From: Candidatus Hydrogenedentota bacterium
GTDB taxonomy: Bacteria > Hydrogenedentota > Hydrogenedentia > Hydrogenedentales > JAEUWI01
Length of the DNA: 64,000 nucleotides
Reading direction: 5' to 3'
Assembly: GCA_034669905.1 (NCBI GenBank)
Contig: JAXMOL010000002.1
Coordinates: 189,248 to 253,247, forward strand
Every line of letters begins with the position of its first letter. Position 1 is the stretch's first letter. Position numbers and translations under genes: made by a program. The notes beneath the pieces were generated by a model. It saw nothing but the letters and a program-made list of their open reading frames with translations. It searched no databases and was not told where the DNA came from. Shown one piece after another: positions 1-10,587 of this stretch.

Positions 1-128
1 GCGCTCAACTGCTTCTACCTTATGTATACACAAGGGGCTCAATTCGGTTTCACTTACCTGAAAATATCTCAATTGGGGTTTCTGCACCCCAAACCCGAAA
101 CCGGGTTTGCCTCGTAAATTGATTCAAA

Positions 129-148
129 TTGAAACGCGACTGTTTCAA
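129..148. promoter_or_regulatory. Inverted repeat TTGAAAC-N6-GTTTCAA, candidate enhancer (UAS) for a sigma54 activator
   Basis: Perfect 7-bp arms about 110 bp upstream of the -24/-12 element. Confidence 0.45.
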
Positions 149-254
149 GTTGGTGCAGGGTCGTGCCCGACACGGTGTACTTGAAACCTGACTTCCTCAT
201 CGCAAGCTTCACTTCTATAACGATTTAGATACCCTGGACGATGACAAAATTTTC

Positions 255-270
255 TTGGCATCACTCTTGC
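255..270 (+). promoter_or_regulatory. Sigma54 -24/-12 promoter of dnaK
   Basis: TTGGCATCACTCTTGC fits GG-N10-GC, 80 bp before the ATG. Confidence 0.7.
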
Positions 271-350
271 CCTTATTCAGGCAAAAGAAATGTGCACCAA
301 CCCGCACCCCGCCCACCACAGCGCGCGGTGCCAGGAAAGGAATTCGAGAC

Positions 351-2249
351 ATGGCAAGAACCATTGGAATCGACTTAGGAACCACCAACTCCTGTGTCGC
401 CGTGATGGAAAACGGCGAACCCGTTGTCATCGCCAACCCCGAAGGCAACCGCACCACCCCCTCCGTGGTCGCGTTCTCAAAGAATGGAGAGCGGCTGGTA
501 GGGGCCTCCGCCCGTCGGCAGGCCGTCACCAACCCCGCCAACACCCTCTCCTCGGTAAAGCGTCTCATGGGCCTCAGCTATTCCGAGGCCGCCCACGAAA
601 TCGAGCGCATGCCTTATGCCGTGAAAGCGGCGAAAAGTGGGGACTGTGAAATCCAGGCCCAGGGGAAAGGCTACCGCCCCCCGGAAATCTCCGCCATCGT
701 ATTGCAGAAACTGAAAGAATCGGCGGAAAGCTTTCTGGGCGAAACCGTGGACAAAGCCGTCATCACGGTGCCGGCCTATTTCAACGATGCCCAGCGCCAG
801 GCCACCAAGGATGCCGGTAAAATCGCCGGCCTGGAAGTACTCCGCATCATCAACGAACCCACGGCCGCCGCCCTCGCCTATGGCCTGGATAAAAAGGGCG
901 ACGAAAAAATCGCCGTCTATGACCTCGGCGGCGGTACCTTCGATGTGTCCATCCTCTCCATCGACGACGCCTCCTTTGAGGTCCTCAGTACCAACGGCGA
1001 CACCCACCTGGGCGGCGACGACTTCGACCAGGTCATCATTGATTGGCTCGCCGATGGCTTCAAAAAAGAATTCAGCGTCGATCTGCGCCAGGACCCCATG
1101 GCCCTCCAGCGCCTGAAGGAGGCGGCGGAGAAAGCCAAGTGCGAGCTGTCCTCCACCACCCAGACCGACATCAATCTGCCCTTTATCACGGCCGATGCCT
1201 CCGGGCCCCGTCACCTCAATCAGACCCTGAGCCGGTCGAAATTCGAGCAGTTGGCTGCCGACCTCCTGGAACGGAGCAAGGCCCCCTGTTACCGCGCCCT
1301 GGAAGATGCGGGACTGCGTGCATCGGACATCGACGAGGTCATTCTCGTGGGTGGTATGACACGCATGCCGGCCGTCGCGGAATTGGTCACCAAGCTGTTC
1401 AACACCGAACCCCACCGGGGCGTGAACCCCGATGAGGTCGTCGCCCTCGGTGCGGCCATCCAGGCAGGTGTCTTGTCGGGCGAAGTGAACGACGTCCTGC
1501 TCCTCGACGTGACGCCCCTCTCCCTGGGTATCGAAACCCTCGGCGGGGTGTGCACCAAACTCGTGGAGCGCAACACGACCATTCCGGTGTCGAAGAAGGA
1601 GATTTTCTCCACCGCTGCCGACAACCAATCGTCGGTTACGGTTCATGTGCTCCAGGGTGAACGCGAACTGTCGAAGGACAACCGCACCCTGGGACGCTTC
1701 AACCTCGAGGGCATTGCACCGGCTCCCCGGGGCATCCCCCAGATTGAAGTCGCCTTCGACATCGACGCCGATGGCATCGTCCACGTTTCAGCCAAAGACC
1801 TGGCCACCGGCAAGGCCCAGAAGATTCGTATCGAGGCTTCCTCGGGATTGTCCGAAGACGAGATCAACGAACGGGTCCGTGAAGCCGAGGCCCATGCCAA
1901 AGAAGACGCCGAGCGTCGGCACCAGGTTGAATTGAAAAACCAGGCCGACCACCTGCTCTACACCACAGAAAAAACCCTGGCGGAACAGGGTGATGAAATT
2001 CCGGAAACCATGCAGCAAAACGTGAAGGAGAAACTTATGGCCTTGAAAGAATCCCTGAACACGGAAAACGGATTGACCATCGAAGCCGCCATCAAGGCAC
2101 TGAATGGTGCCCTGCAGGAAATGGGCACCCAGGCCTATGCCAAGGCCCCCGGTCAACCACCGCAAGACGGGCCGGAGACGCCCTATGCCACGGCAACGGT
2201 GAAGGATGACGACAGCGTGGATGCCGATTACACGGTCATCAACAACTAA
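351..2249 (+). CDS. dnaK: Chaperone DnaK (Hsp70)
   Basis: [32 protein letters not shown] motifs; ATG 351 after AGGA. Confidence 0.98.
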   Translation: MARTIGIDLGTTNSCVAVMENGEPVVIANPEGNRTTPSVVAFSKNGERLVGASARRQAVTNPANTLSSVKRLMGLSYSEAAHEIERMPYAVKAAKSGDCEIQAQGKGYRPPEISAIVLQKLKESAESFLGETVDKAVITVPAYFNDAQRQATKDAGKIAGLEVLRIINEPTAAALAYGLDKKGDEKIAVYDLGGGTFDVSILSIDDASFEVLSTNGDTHLGGDDFDQVIIDWLADGFKKEFSVDLRQDPMALQRLKEAAEKAKCELSSTTQTDINLPFITADASGPRHLNQTLSRSKFEQLAADLLERSKAPCYRALEDAGLRASDIDEVILVGGMTRMPAVAELVTKLFNTEPHRGVNPDEVVALGAAIQAGVLSGEVNDVLLLDVTPLSLGIETLGGVCTKLVERNTTIPVSKKEIFSTAADNQSSVTVHVLQGERELSKDNRTLGRFNLEGIAPAPRGIPQIEVAFDIDADGIVHVSAKDLATGKAQKIRIEASSGLSEDEINERVREAEAHAKEDAERRHQVELKNQADHLLYTTEKTLAEQGDEIPETMQQNVKEKLMALKESLNTENGLTIEAAIKALNGALQEMGTQAYAKAPGQPPQDGPETPYATATVKDDDSVDADYTVINN

Positions 2250-2279
2250 TCCGGTACGCCACCGGTTGCCATAGAGAAA

Positions 2280-2306
2280 CCGCCCCGGTCACCCCGACCG
2301 GGGCGG
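2280..2306 (+). terminator. Stem-loop after dnaK
   Basis: CCGCCCCGGTC-ACCCC-GACCGGGGCGG, 11-bp stem, weak U tract. Confidence 0.65.
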
Positions 2307-2437
2307 TCCCTGTCTTGGCCGGACCGGAAAAACAGGCCTGTCCGAATAAGGGACGCTTTCGCCCTGCCGAATCCTGTTTGCACGCTCCCTTCCGTTGCGC
2401 GTATGATCACCTCAGGCCAAAACGGTAGAAAGCAGTT

Positions 2438-2893
2438 ATGATTCGTAGTTATGAGAGCGACGACTTAGAAGACCTTCTGGACACGTGGTATGCGGCGTCG
2501 CAGATTGCCCACCCCTTCCTCACCGAAGACTTCTTCGATTTGGAGCGCCACAACATCCCCACCATCTACCTCCCCATGGCCGACACCTTCGTCTATGTGA
2601 AGGACGACCATGTCGTGGGCTTTATTGCCGTCATCGGCAACGAAGTGGGGGCCATCTTCGTGCACCCCGAACACCACGGTCAGGGCATCGGCCGCGCCCT
2701 CATGGACCACGCCCGCAATCTCCGCGGCAATCTCGAAGTGGAAGTCTTTAAGGCCAACCGCATCGGTCGCGACTTCTACCGCCGCTACGGCTTCGCCTTC
2801 ATGGAAGAACACATCCACGAAGAAACCGGCGAACCCCTCCTGCGTCTCGTCTACGACACCAACCAGGCCCGCCGCTCCGAAGGCACCGTTTAA
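2438..2893 (+). CDS. GNAT family N-acetyltransferase (YjaB/YiaC-like)
   Basis: FVHPEHHGQGIGRALM acetyl-CoA motif; N..G..FY...GF. Confidence 0.9.
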   Translation: MIRSYESDDLEDLLDTWYAASQIAHPFLTEDFFDLERHNIPTIYLPMADTFVYVKDDHVVGFIAVIGNEVGAIFVHPEHHGQGIGRALMDHARNLRGNLEVEVFKANRIGRDFYRRYGFAFMEEHIHEETGEPLLRLVYDTNQARRSEGTV

Positions 2894-2974
2894 CGCAGGC
2901 GCCCATCGGGAGCCACCAGCCACCAGGCTTGGGAACGTGGTCGGCGCACCTGCGGGACGTCGATGACGTCAACA

Positions 2975-5026
2975 TTACGTGCCCTCGTGATGCCTGTTCA
3001 ACGCTGCCCTGACTGCGCCCAGGAGTGTACTGAGTCGGAAGGGTTTCTTGATATAGGCCAACGCACCGGCATCAAGCATCGCCTGGGATTCGCTATCAAG
3101 GGCATAGCCACTGCATAAGATTATGCCCGTGTCTGGCCGCGCTTCCATGAGCAGGGGAAATGCCTCGGGACCGCCGAGCACAGGCATACGCATATCGAGA
3201 ATGATGAGGTGTATGTCACCCTCAAAATCCCGGGCGATGGCCACCCCCTCTTCACCGTTGCGCGCCTTGAGAACCGTGTACCCATTGATCTGAAGGATGG
3301 TTTCGGTGATTTCGATAATCCTCTCTTCATCGTCAATAAGGAGAATCGTTTCGCTTCCATCGAGATTCTGGTTGCCCGGATCGGTCGAATGGGGCATCTC
3401 GCGGGTGGTCGCGGGGAGGTATACGCGGAACGTCGCGCCTTCGCCCGGCTTACTGTCCACATAAATCCCCCCCTCGTGACTCTTTACGATGCCGTATGCG
3501 GCAGCAAGTCCGAGCCCCCGACTACGCCCCATCAAGCGTGACGTGAAGAACGGTTCAAAAACACTGGCACAGGTTTGCTCATCCATGCCGCGCCCCGTGT
3601 CTTTCACCGTAAACAGCACATGAGCTCCTGCCCGAAGATCGGGGAGCCCAGGGCACTCTTCTTCCGACACCGTTACGTTGGAGGTGGAAAGCAGGATGTG
3701 ACCCGTTTCGCCCATGGAGTCGACGGCATTCTTGAGAAGGTTAATGACCACCTGCTCGATTTGAGACGGGTCGGCAAATACGTTTTTTATGGTGGAATCA
3801 AAATGACATTCTACGTGGATCTCAGGCGGGATACTGACCTCTTCTTTTCTCAGGGCCGCACGAATCGTTTCGTTCAGATGGATAACGGTGGGTGCGTATT
3901 TCCCACCGCGTGCATAGGCCAACATTTGTGACGACAATTCGTCGGCCTTCACGGCGGCCGCTTCAATGTGCTTCAGCCGCCGGGTGGCCGTATGCTCGTC
4001 TGGCAACTCCAACAGGGCCAGTGAGGCATTCCCGAGGACAACCGCCATGAGATTGTTAAAATCGTGGGCGATCCCTCCCGCCAAGGTGGCCGTAGCCTCC
4101 ATTCGGGCAGCCGCACGCACCGCCTCTTCCGCACGCCTTCTGGCGGTAATATCCCGGGTAACCCCAACAATGGAAAAGTCCTTCCCGTCTTCACTCGGAA
4201 TAAAGGATACCCGGTGTTCACTGGTAATCGGACTGCCGTCCGCACGGAAGTCTTCCCGAATTATCGTTTGCGAAGGGGGGATGTCTGGAAAACACGATCG
4301 ACCATGCTCAACGATGTCCAGTATGGCCTGATGCAGCGTGGACTCGTTGGGGTCACCGGCAACGAGTTCTCCCCACTTCTCCTTCACTTCACCGGGCGAA
4401 AGACCGAGGAGGTCAACGATGGCGGGGTTGACGTACACCAGGTTCAAATCGGTATCAATTGACCAGATGACATCCGAGACGTTCTCCGTGACCGATCGAA
4501 AACGGGTTTCACTATCCCGCAGTGCCGCGTAGAGATCTTTCTGTTTCGCAAGGCTCTCGTTGAGAGAAGCTGTCTTCTCCGCCAATTCAGAACGTGAACG
4601 CGAAATTTCAAGAATAATAAAATAGCAGGCATAGAGGAGGGTGAGCACGCCGAAAACGATAATGCCGGTGTCAACCTTCGCCGAGTGAACTACACCGTGG
4701 TTACCGTAAAAGGGATGAGAGGCAATCCCGGGAAGGTCCTCCACCAAATTCATCATCAGGCCGATCAGGATTAACAGACTCCCCAACCGCACCGCCGGGG
4801 TCACCCGGGGAATATACGAGACGTTGCGCGCAAGATACCACGTGCCCAAGAAAAGCACCCACCCCAGCACAGCCCCGAAGGAATCACGCAGCAGCTTGGC
4901 GTCCCCGAATGTCTTGTCGATACAAAGGACAATGACCAGCACACCTGCCGACACAAATGCCATGGCGCGCACAACACGTTGGACGTTTCGGATATCCGAC
5001 GTCGAAGATGCCGTATCGTTTGACAT
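2975..5026 (-). CDS. Membrane PAS-domain hybrid sensor histidine kinase
   Basis: N-terminal TM helices, PAS, AHDFNN H-box, N/G boxes, receiver domain (ILLIDDE, LDMRMP, KPF). Confidence 0.93.
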   Translation of the reverse strand: MSNDTASSTSDIRNVQRVVRAMAFVSAGVLVIVLCIDKTFGDAKLLRDSFGAVLGWVLFLGTWYLARNVSYIPRVTPAVRLGSLLILIGLMMNLVEDLPGIASHPFYGNHGVVHSAKVDTGIIVFGVLTLLYACYFIILEISRSRSELAEKTASLNESLAKQKDLYAALRDSETRFRSVTENVSDVIWSIDTDLNLVYVNPAIVDLLGLSPGEVKEKWGELVAGDPNESTLHQAILDIVEHGRSCFPDIPPSQTIIREDFRADGSPITSEHRVSFIPSEDGKDFSIVGVTRDITARRRAEEAVRAAARMEATATLAGGIAHDFNNLMAVVLGNASLALLELPDEHTATRRLKHIEAAAVKADELSSQMLAYARGGKYAPTVIHLNETIRAALRKEEVSIPPEIHVECHFDSTIKNVFADPSQIEQVVINLLKNAVDSMGETGHILLSTSNVTVSEEECPGLPDLRAGAHVLFTVKDTGRGMDEQTCASVFEPFFTSRLMGRSRGLGLAAAYGIVKSHEGGIYVDSKPGEGATFRVYLPATTREMPHSTDPGNQNLDGSETILLIDDEERIIEITETILQINGYTVLKARNGEEGVAIARDFEGDIHLIILDMRMPVLGGPEAFPLLMEARPDTGIILCSGYALDSESQAMLDAGALAYIKKPFRLSTLLGAVRAALNRHHEGT

Positions 5027-5311
5027 GGGCTCTAGTCCCCTTGAATCGCCCCAGGAGCAACAATTCGGAGCATCAAGTCACGAACCGGACGCCCCCAGCT
5101 AGCTATAAGTCTAAACGATTACACTCGGATAGCACAATAGAATGCATCCGACTGAATTCGTTGATAAACGAGGGATCGGACATCGCCCATTCATCCCCCA
5201 CCCGACACCGATTCTGGATCGGCCCGCATCTCGTCATAAAACATTTTATGGCGCGCTTTTCTGCCACCCAGTCCGCTAAGTCCTCGTACGCTCAGTCGGT
5301 TAGTTTTCCCG

Positions 5312-5815
5312 TCACTTTCCCTGAACCGTCGAAACATGGGATGCAAGCTTGTTTAATGTCTGGGCGCCGTATTCAACGGCACCAAAACGGATAACGGTGT
5401 CGCGACGTTCTCTCGTCGGATGCATTTGCCGCAACGTAACGACCGTCTTGCCATTATCTTGTTCATCGAAGGTAACCAGCATCCGAAAGCTATCCGGGTC
5501 GTTCTCAACGTCTGCGCCGTGATGGACTTCGAGCAATCTCGGCGACTCGATTCGTAGAAACGCCATGCGATTGGAGTAAGCGGTACCGTCTGGCGCTATC
5601 ATATCAAAGCGCCACACACCACCGACGCGCAGGTCGGCTTCATGTGATTCGATACGAAACCCATCCGGTCCAAACCACAGCACCAACTCCGATGGATCAC
5701 GCCATGCCCGAAATGTCCTGTCGCGGTCTGCGTCAACAACACGGGCAATAACGATTTCTCTTTCCAGGGGAAATGACGCCCATTCTGAGGCACTGTTTTT
5801 GGCTTGTTCAACCAT
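5312..5815 (-). CDS. SRPBCC/AHSA1 domain protein
   Basis: REIVIARV..WFGPDGF..DLRVGGVWRF; ATG 5815 after GGAG. Confidence 0.88.
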   Translation of the reverse strand: MVEQAKNSASEWASFPLEREIVIARVVDADRDRTFRAWRDPSELVLWFGPDGFRIESHEADLRVGGVWRFDMIAPDGTAYSNRMAFLRIESPRLLEVHHGADVENDPDSFRMLVTFDEQDNGKTVVTLRQMHPTRERRDTVIRFGAVEYGAQTLNKLASHVSTVQGK

Positions 5816-5995
5816 CCGATTTCTCCAGACCTGCATTGAAAAACCACGGAACACTACATAGCACAGACCGCACCGGCGTCGCCCATGGTAAAACCAGACG
5901 CGACTTCCGAGATCGGCGCGGCGTTTGCCCCGTTGCTTTCAAGCGCATCTACAACAGGTATCCGCCCCCCGACAAGGGCAGGTTAAACGGGCACG

Positions 5996-7735
5996 CTAAT
6001 ATCCAAGGGACGCGCCATCCTTACGCGCGTCAGATCCGCCGAAGTAGCGAAGCGGGTCGTCCTCACGCCAGATGGCCTGGTAGCCGCCATGTGCACTGTT
6101 TCCCGCGCGCACGCGGTGTCCCATCTCGGCGAGCTTCAGACGCACTTCATCGCTAATGCCATGTTCAAATACCAACTCGCCACCATCTTCCATGCGCGAA
6201 CCCCGGGGCCGCGAGCTACCGCTGTGCCCCAGGCGGGGTTGGTCGGTTGCCTGTTGGGGCGACAGACCGAAATCAATCATATTCATCACGACCTGCGCGT
6301 GGCCCTGCGGCTGGAAGTCGCCGCCCATCACGCCGAACGCCATCACGGGTTTCCCGTCACGGGTCATGAAGGCCGGGATAATGGTGTGGAACGGTCGCTT
6401 GTGCGGTTCCAGTTTATTGCGATGGCTCGGATCGAGCGAGAACGCCTCGCCCCGGTTCTGCATGACAAAGCCCACCCCGTCGGGACAGATCCTCGAACCA
6501 AAGCCGGCGTAGTTACTCTGAATAAACGAAATCATATTGCCTCCGTCGTCCGCTGCGGAGAGGTAAACCGTGTCGCTGTCCAATTCGGGGTCCCCGTAGG
6601 AAACGTCGGTGCTCGCGCGACCGGGGTCGATTAGGGCGGCGCGCTTCTTCGCGTATTCCTTCGCGAGCAGCGCATCGATGGGCACGTCCGCAAAGGCGGG
6701 ATCCGCGTAGTACATCGCGCGATCCTCAAAGGCCAGTTTTTTCGCCTCGGCGAAGAGGTGTAAGTGCTGCGCCGAGTTGGGTGCCAGGCTGCCGATATCA
6801 AATTGCTCGAGGATGTTCAGTATCTGTAAGGCCGCGATGCCCTGGCCGTTCGGCGGGATTTCCCACACATCCCAGCCACGGTAGTTGCTGCTCACCGGCT
6901 CAACCCAGTCGGCGCGGTGGTCGGCCAGATCCTTCATCGCCATGAAGCCATCCATTTCTTTCGATTTCGCGACAATGGCCTCGGCTATCCAGCCCTCGTA
7001 AAATGCGGCGGGGCCCTCCGCGGCGATGGATGCATAGGATTTCGCGAGCATGGGATTCTGGAATATTTCGCCGTAGGTCGGCACACGTCCCCCCGGGTGA
7101 TACACGGGGGCCAGGTAGGGCGCGTCTTCGCTCTTCCAGGAGTCGAATTGCTCCGTGATGATGGGCGAGATCGGGAAACCCTCCCGGGCCGTGGCGATGG
7201 AACCTTCGAGGCACTGTGCCAGCGAGAGCTTTCCAAAGCGCTCGCTCAAAAGACCCCATCCACTCACGCAGCCCGGTACGCTCCAGGAAAGGGGCGATCG
7301 CCCCGGGATGGACGTGAGACCGAGCTTGCTCGCTTCGTCCAGGTTCCACGCGTAGGGTGCACGACCGCTCGCATTGAGCCCATAAAGGCGCTGCTCCTTT
7401 TCCACCCAGAGGATGGCAAAGAGGTCACCGCCGATTCCATTGCTCGCCGGTTCCGTCAAACCCAACATGGCGTTGGTCGCGATAGCCGCGTCCACACAAT
7501 TACCGCCTGCCTTTAAAATATCGATTCCCGCCATGGCGGCGAGCGGTTGGCTGGCACAAACCATACCATGCCGTGCGACCACGGTCGATCGGTTCCGGTT
7601 ACGTGCGTCCAGACGCGACATATCGATACGTGGGCCAAGGCGACTGGCCAGGTCTTCTGCCCCGGCCGATTCCGCCGTGACCATGGCCGTTGTGGAGGCG
7701 GCTGCGAGGGAGCGTAGGAACATGCGACGATTCAT
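5996..7735 (-). CDS. ggt: Gamma-glutamyltransferase with Tat signal peptide
   Basis: MNRRMFL twin-arginine leader; GIGGDLF, PPNGQG, DT nucleophile, KRPFHTIIP, GVMGG. Confidence 0.93.
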   Translation of the reverse strand: MNRRMFLRSLAAASTTAMVTAESAGAEDLASRLGPRIDMSRLDARNRNRSTVVARHGMVCASQPLAAMAGIDILKAGGNCVDAAIATNAMLGLTEPASNGIGGDLFAILWVEKEQRLYGLNASGRAPYAWNLDEASKLGLTSIPGRSPLSWSVPGCVSGWGLLSERFGKLSLAQCLEGSIATAREGFPISPIITEQFDSWKSEDAPYLAPVYHPGGRVPTYGEIFQNPMLAKSYASIAAEGPAAFYEGWIAEAIVAKSKEMDGFMAMKDLADHRADWVEPVSSNYRGWDVWEIPPNGQGIAALQILNILEQFDIGSLAPNSAQHLHLFAEAKKLAFEDRAMYYADPAFADVPIDALLAKEYAKKRAALIDPGRASTDVSYGDPELDSDTVYLSAADDGGNMISFIQSNYAGFGSRICPDGVGFVMQNRGEAFSLDPSHRNKLEPHKRPFHTIIPAFMTRDGKPVMAFGVMGGDFQPQGHAQVVMNMIDFGLSPQQATDQPRLGHSGSSRPRGSRMEDGGELVFEHGISDEVRLKLAEMGHRVRAGNSAHGGYQAIWREDDPLRYFGGSDARKDGASLGY

Positions 7736-7901
7736 ATCGAAATCTCCTGGTAGCAACCCACCCTTTCCAATCAGACGTGTTCGCACCCAAGGGGAGCAGG
7801 TTTTCCTCCATACTAGAGATGACCGTTCCCCGTTGCAATAAAGCATTCTCCTTGCTGAACCGCGCTGACCGTGCCCTGCCGCGGATACGGCACAGGGACT
7901 A

Positions 7902-8697
7902 CAGGAACGTTCTGCCGCAGGCGGTCCAGGAAACGGAACACTCCCCGCAATTCCTCCAAGAGCTCCGGCAGCACCAAAGAAAACCCCAAGGCGGCTGCAT
8001 GTCCCGGTGGGCCATGAAAAAGAGACGACGCTTCGAGAGCAGCACACTACCCATCCAAATGACGACAATTGGGCTGACCACACGCCTTCCGTCCCTCGCT
8101 ACAACATGTCATGATGGGCCGGACTTTCAGCCCTTGTTGTAACCAACCTTGATTTCCTGGGGCTTCACCCCAGGCTGGTATGTCTCGCACCTTTGGCGCT
8201 ATGGAAGTAGACCGGGTCGCATCGCGGAGAACGTTTGCAGGGCCAACGGCCCGGTAACATATCAGCATGGGGCAACGCCCCATGTTTTCGGGACCTACAG
8301 CTTCACAAAGGGCTGAAAGCCCGCTCCATCGCCCTCCGACGACACACCGAAATGAGGTGGCGATACGGTATACTTGGGCCATGGCAGAGGGATGGCGCTT
8401 CGAGAGCAACCCTCTTGCGTAACTACAGGGTGAGCAAGCCTACTGCCACCGGGACGGGAACGCGCGTCCGGGCGGCAGGCGCCACCGCCAAGTTTCCCGT
8501 GCTGGCTCCACATCGCTTGGGGTTACCTTAAGCGCCCCTGCGCGATACCGTCCCTATGGAGCGCCGAACCCTTTCACCCACGACGGCAGGGACGTTCTGC
8601 CGCAGGCGGGCCAGGAAATGGGACTCTCCCTGCAATCCATTCAAGAGACCCGGCGGCACCAAAGAGAGCCCCAACGCGGCTGCATGTCCCGGTGGGC
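7902..8697. repeat. Diverged ~110-bp direct repeat (7902-8012 and 8587-8697)
   Basis: Shared ACGTTCTGCCGCAGGCGG...GCGGCTGCATGTCCCGGTGGGC. Confidence 0.8.
8050..8364. repeat. REP/REPIN-like composite repeat, copy 1
   Basis: Two inverted units with hairpins CCTGGGGCTTCACCCCAGG and CATGGGGCAACGCCCCATG, bounded by CTTTCAGCCCTT / AAGGGCTGAAAG. Confidence 0.85.
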
Positions 8698-8825
8698 TAA
8701 GGGAAAGCGGCGTACTATCCCATACACCACGTGGGCGGGCCTTCCGTCCCTATGGAGCGTCCTCGGCCCGACGGCACCGGTGCCAAAGGCACCGAATCGC
8801 ATCGAATGGTCCTGCACATTTCAAC

Positions 8826-9139
8826 CCCATCCAAATGACGACAATGGGCTGGCCACACGCCTTCCGTCCCTTGCTACAACATGACATGATGGGCCGGACT
8901 TTCAGCCCTTGTTGTAACCAACCTTGATTTCCTGGGGCTTCACCCCAGGCTGGTATGGCTCGCACCTTTGCCGCTATGGAAGTAGACCGGGTTGCATCGC
9001 GGAGAACGTTCGCAGGGCCAACGGCCCAGTATCATATCAGCATGGGGCAACGCCCCATGTTTTCGGGACCTACTGCTTCTTAAAGGGCTGAAAGCCCGCG
9101 CCAACGCCCTCCGACGACACACCGAAATGAGGTGGCGAT
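8826..9139. repeat. REP/REPIN-like composite repeat, copy 2
   Basis: Near-identical direct repeat of 8050-8364; partial third copy at 10472-10519. Confidence 0.85.
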
Positions 9140-9579
9140 GGCGGTATTCCCGACGGTGAATTGGCTGGCCCCACGCCTTCCGTTACTCTCCATCCCGCCC
9201 CGCGACGACGCAGTTTCGGTTGACTTCCGAATTAAGACGCCATTCAGGAGTGGACTTGCACCACTCTGGCGGGGTACGCGCAAAGGCGTACGAGCGCCGT
9301 CGGCCCGACGGCACCGGTGCCAAAGGCCCGCGTCTCGTGGCGTTGAATTCCGTCCACCTCCCCCTGCCATGCCATCGCCAGTTTTTCTATTCGAAGCGTG
9401 TCCCATAATTTCACATAGCCCGACTACCGGTTGAATCCTACCCACAACTCTGCTCTAATTGCATTAGAATTTATTTCCTGCGTAAGCAGGAGGGTCCGCG
9501 CATTTTCCGACTCATCTATCTCATTCCAAGATAATCGATGTGTATGGAGCATTGAACCACTACTCATAGGATGTGAGCC

Positions 9580-10452
9580 ATGAATGTCTTGCAGCGAAAC
9601 TGTAGTATTGGGCAAATTTACACCTTCCTGGTGTGCTTTCTGGTAACTCTCCCCGTTTGGCAGGCGCATGGGCAAGGGGCTGAAGTTCGCCCTGCCGATT
9701 CAAGCCCAACATATGCCGAGGCCCACATCCGAGGGCACGACGAAACCCGTGGAACAGCCATATTGAGTGCCACCCTGTTTCTATTGGTCGTGGACCAAGT
9801 GACTGGATTGCCAATTCCAGCAGTCGAGGCGGTACTCCTGTCAAATTCAGATGAGGAAATAGAATTTGTAGGGCAGGAGGAGGGGGGCTACATCACCTTT
9901 GTGGCGATTCCCTACGACGACTATACGTTAATGCTCAATGCAGAGGAGTACGATCCACTCACGGTGCAAATCGAAATCGAAGTCGGCACCCTAATACGGG
10001 AAGAGGTGCGTCGGGTCCTGCCAATGATGCCAAAGAGTGGTGGGCCCGGACCCGGAATGCAGCTCTACATAACGATTCTTGATGAGATCACCGGAGTGCC
10101 GCTAACCAATCCTGAAATCCGTATAACCCCGCCGGTCAGTGCCATTCCTATCGAGGTGAAAGTGGGAGTCTACGCATACCTCGGAGTGGACATTCAGGAA
10201 TATGACATCATGGTGAGTGCCGCTGGTTATGATGACAAATTATTTCGGCTGACAAATCCAAATTTGTTCGCAGACGTGGTAATAGAATTGACACCCGCCA
10301 ACGTGTTGACTAGCTTGAACTGCAACGGCAGCAAGACACTTGTTCTCGGAAACCTTCACAATGCCTTTGCTGACCTATTTGTTCTTGGATTGTCCCTCGT
10401 ATCGCTTACCGCTATCGGCCGCGTGGGCGATTCGTCAAAGCCGCATCCCTGA
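9580..10452 (+). CDS. Exported protein with two carboxypeptidase-regulatory-like (beta-sandwich) repeats and a C-terminal membrane anchor
   Basis: Signal peptide ending AHG; repeats VVDQVTGLPI..AEEYD and ILDEITGVPL..SAAGYD; C-terminal C...DLFVLGLSLVSL..R; lower GC than flanks. Confidence 0.7.
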   Translation: MNVLQRNCSIGQIYTFLVCFLVTLPVWQAHGQGAEVRPADSSPTYAEAHIRGHDETRGTAILSATLFLLVVDQVTGLPIPAVEAVLLSNSDEEIEFVGQEEGGYITFVAIPYDDYTLMLNAEEYDPLTVQIEIEVGTLIREEVRRVLPMMPKSGGPGPGMQLYITILDEITGVPLTNPEIRITPPVSAIPIEVKVGVYAYLGVDIQEYDIMVSAAGYDDKLFRLTNPNLFADVVIELTPANVLTSLNCNGSKTLVLGNLHNAFADLFVLGLSLVSLTAIGRVGDSSKPHP

Positions 10453-10587
10453 GAAAGGCTTATACGAGAACGGCCACACGCCTTCCGACCCTCGCCACAA
10501 CATGACATGACAGGCCGGAGGCCTATCCCACGATGGGCCGTTCTTCTTTGCAAGGTCTGGCCCGAAACCGCAGGCCGAGACCGCCCC

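Noticed and set aside
241..300. CIRCE element upstream of dnaK
   Set aside because: Does not match TTAGCACTC-N9-GAGTGCTAA; fits the sigma54 pattern instead
477..1784. 435-aa ORF antisense to dnaK
   Set aside because: Shadow frame typical of dnaK in GC-rich genomes; no independent motifs
7900..9350. Possible CRISPR array or short ORFs in the repeat region
   Set aside because: Repeats are 100-315 bp with no regular repeat-spacer period and no cas genes; ORFs are translations of repeats
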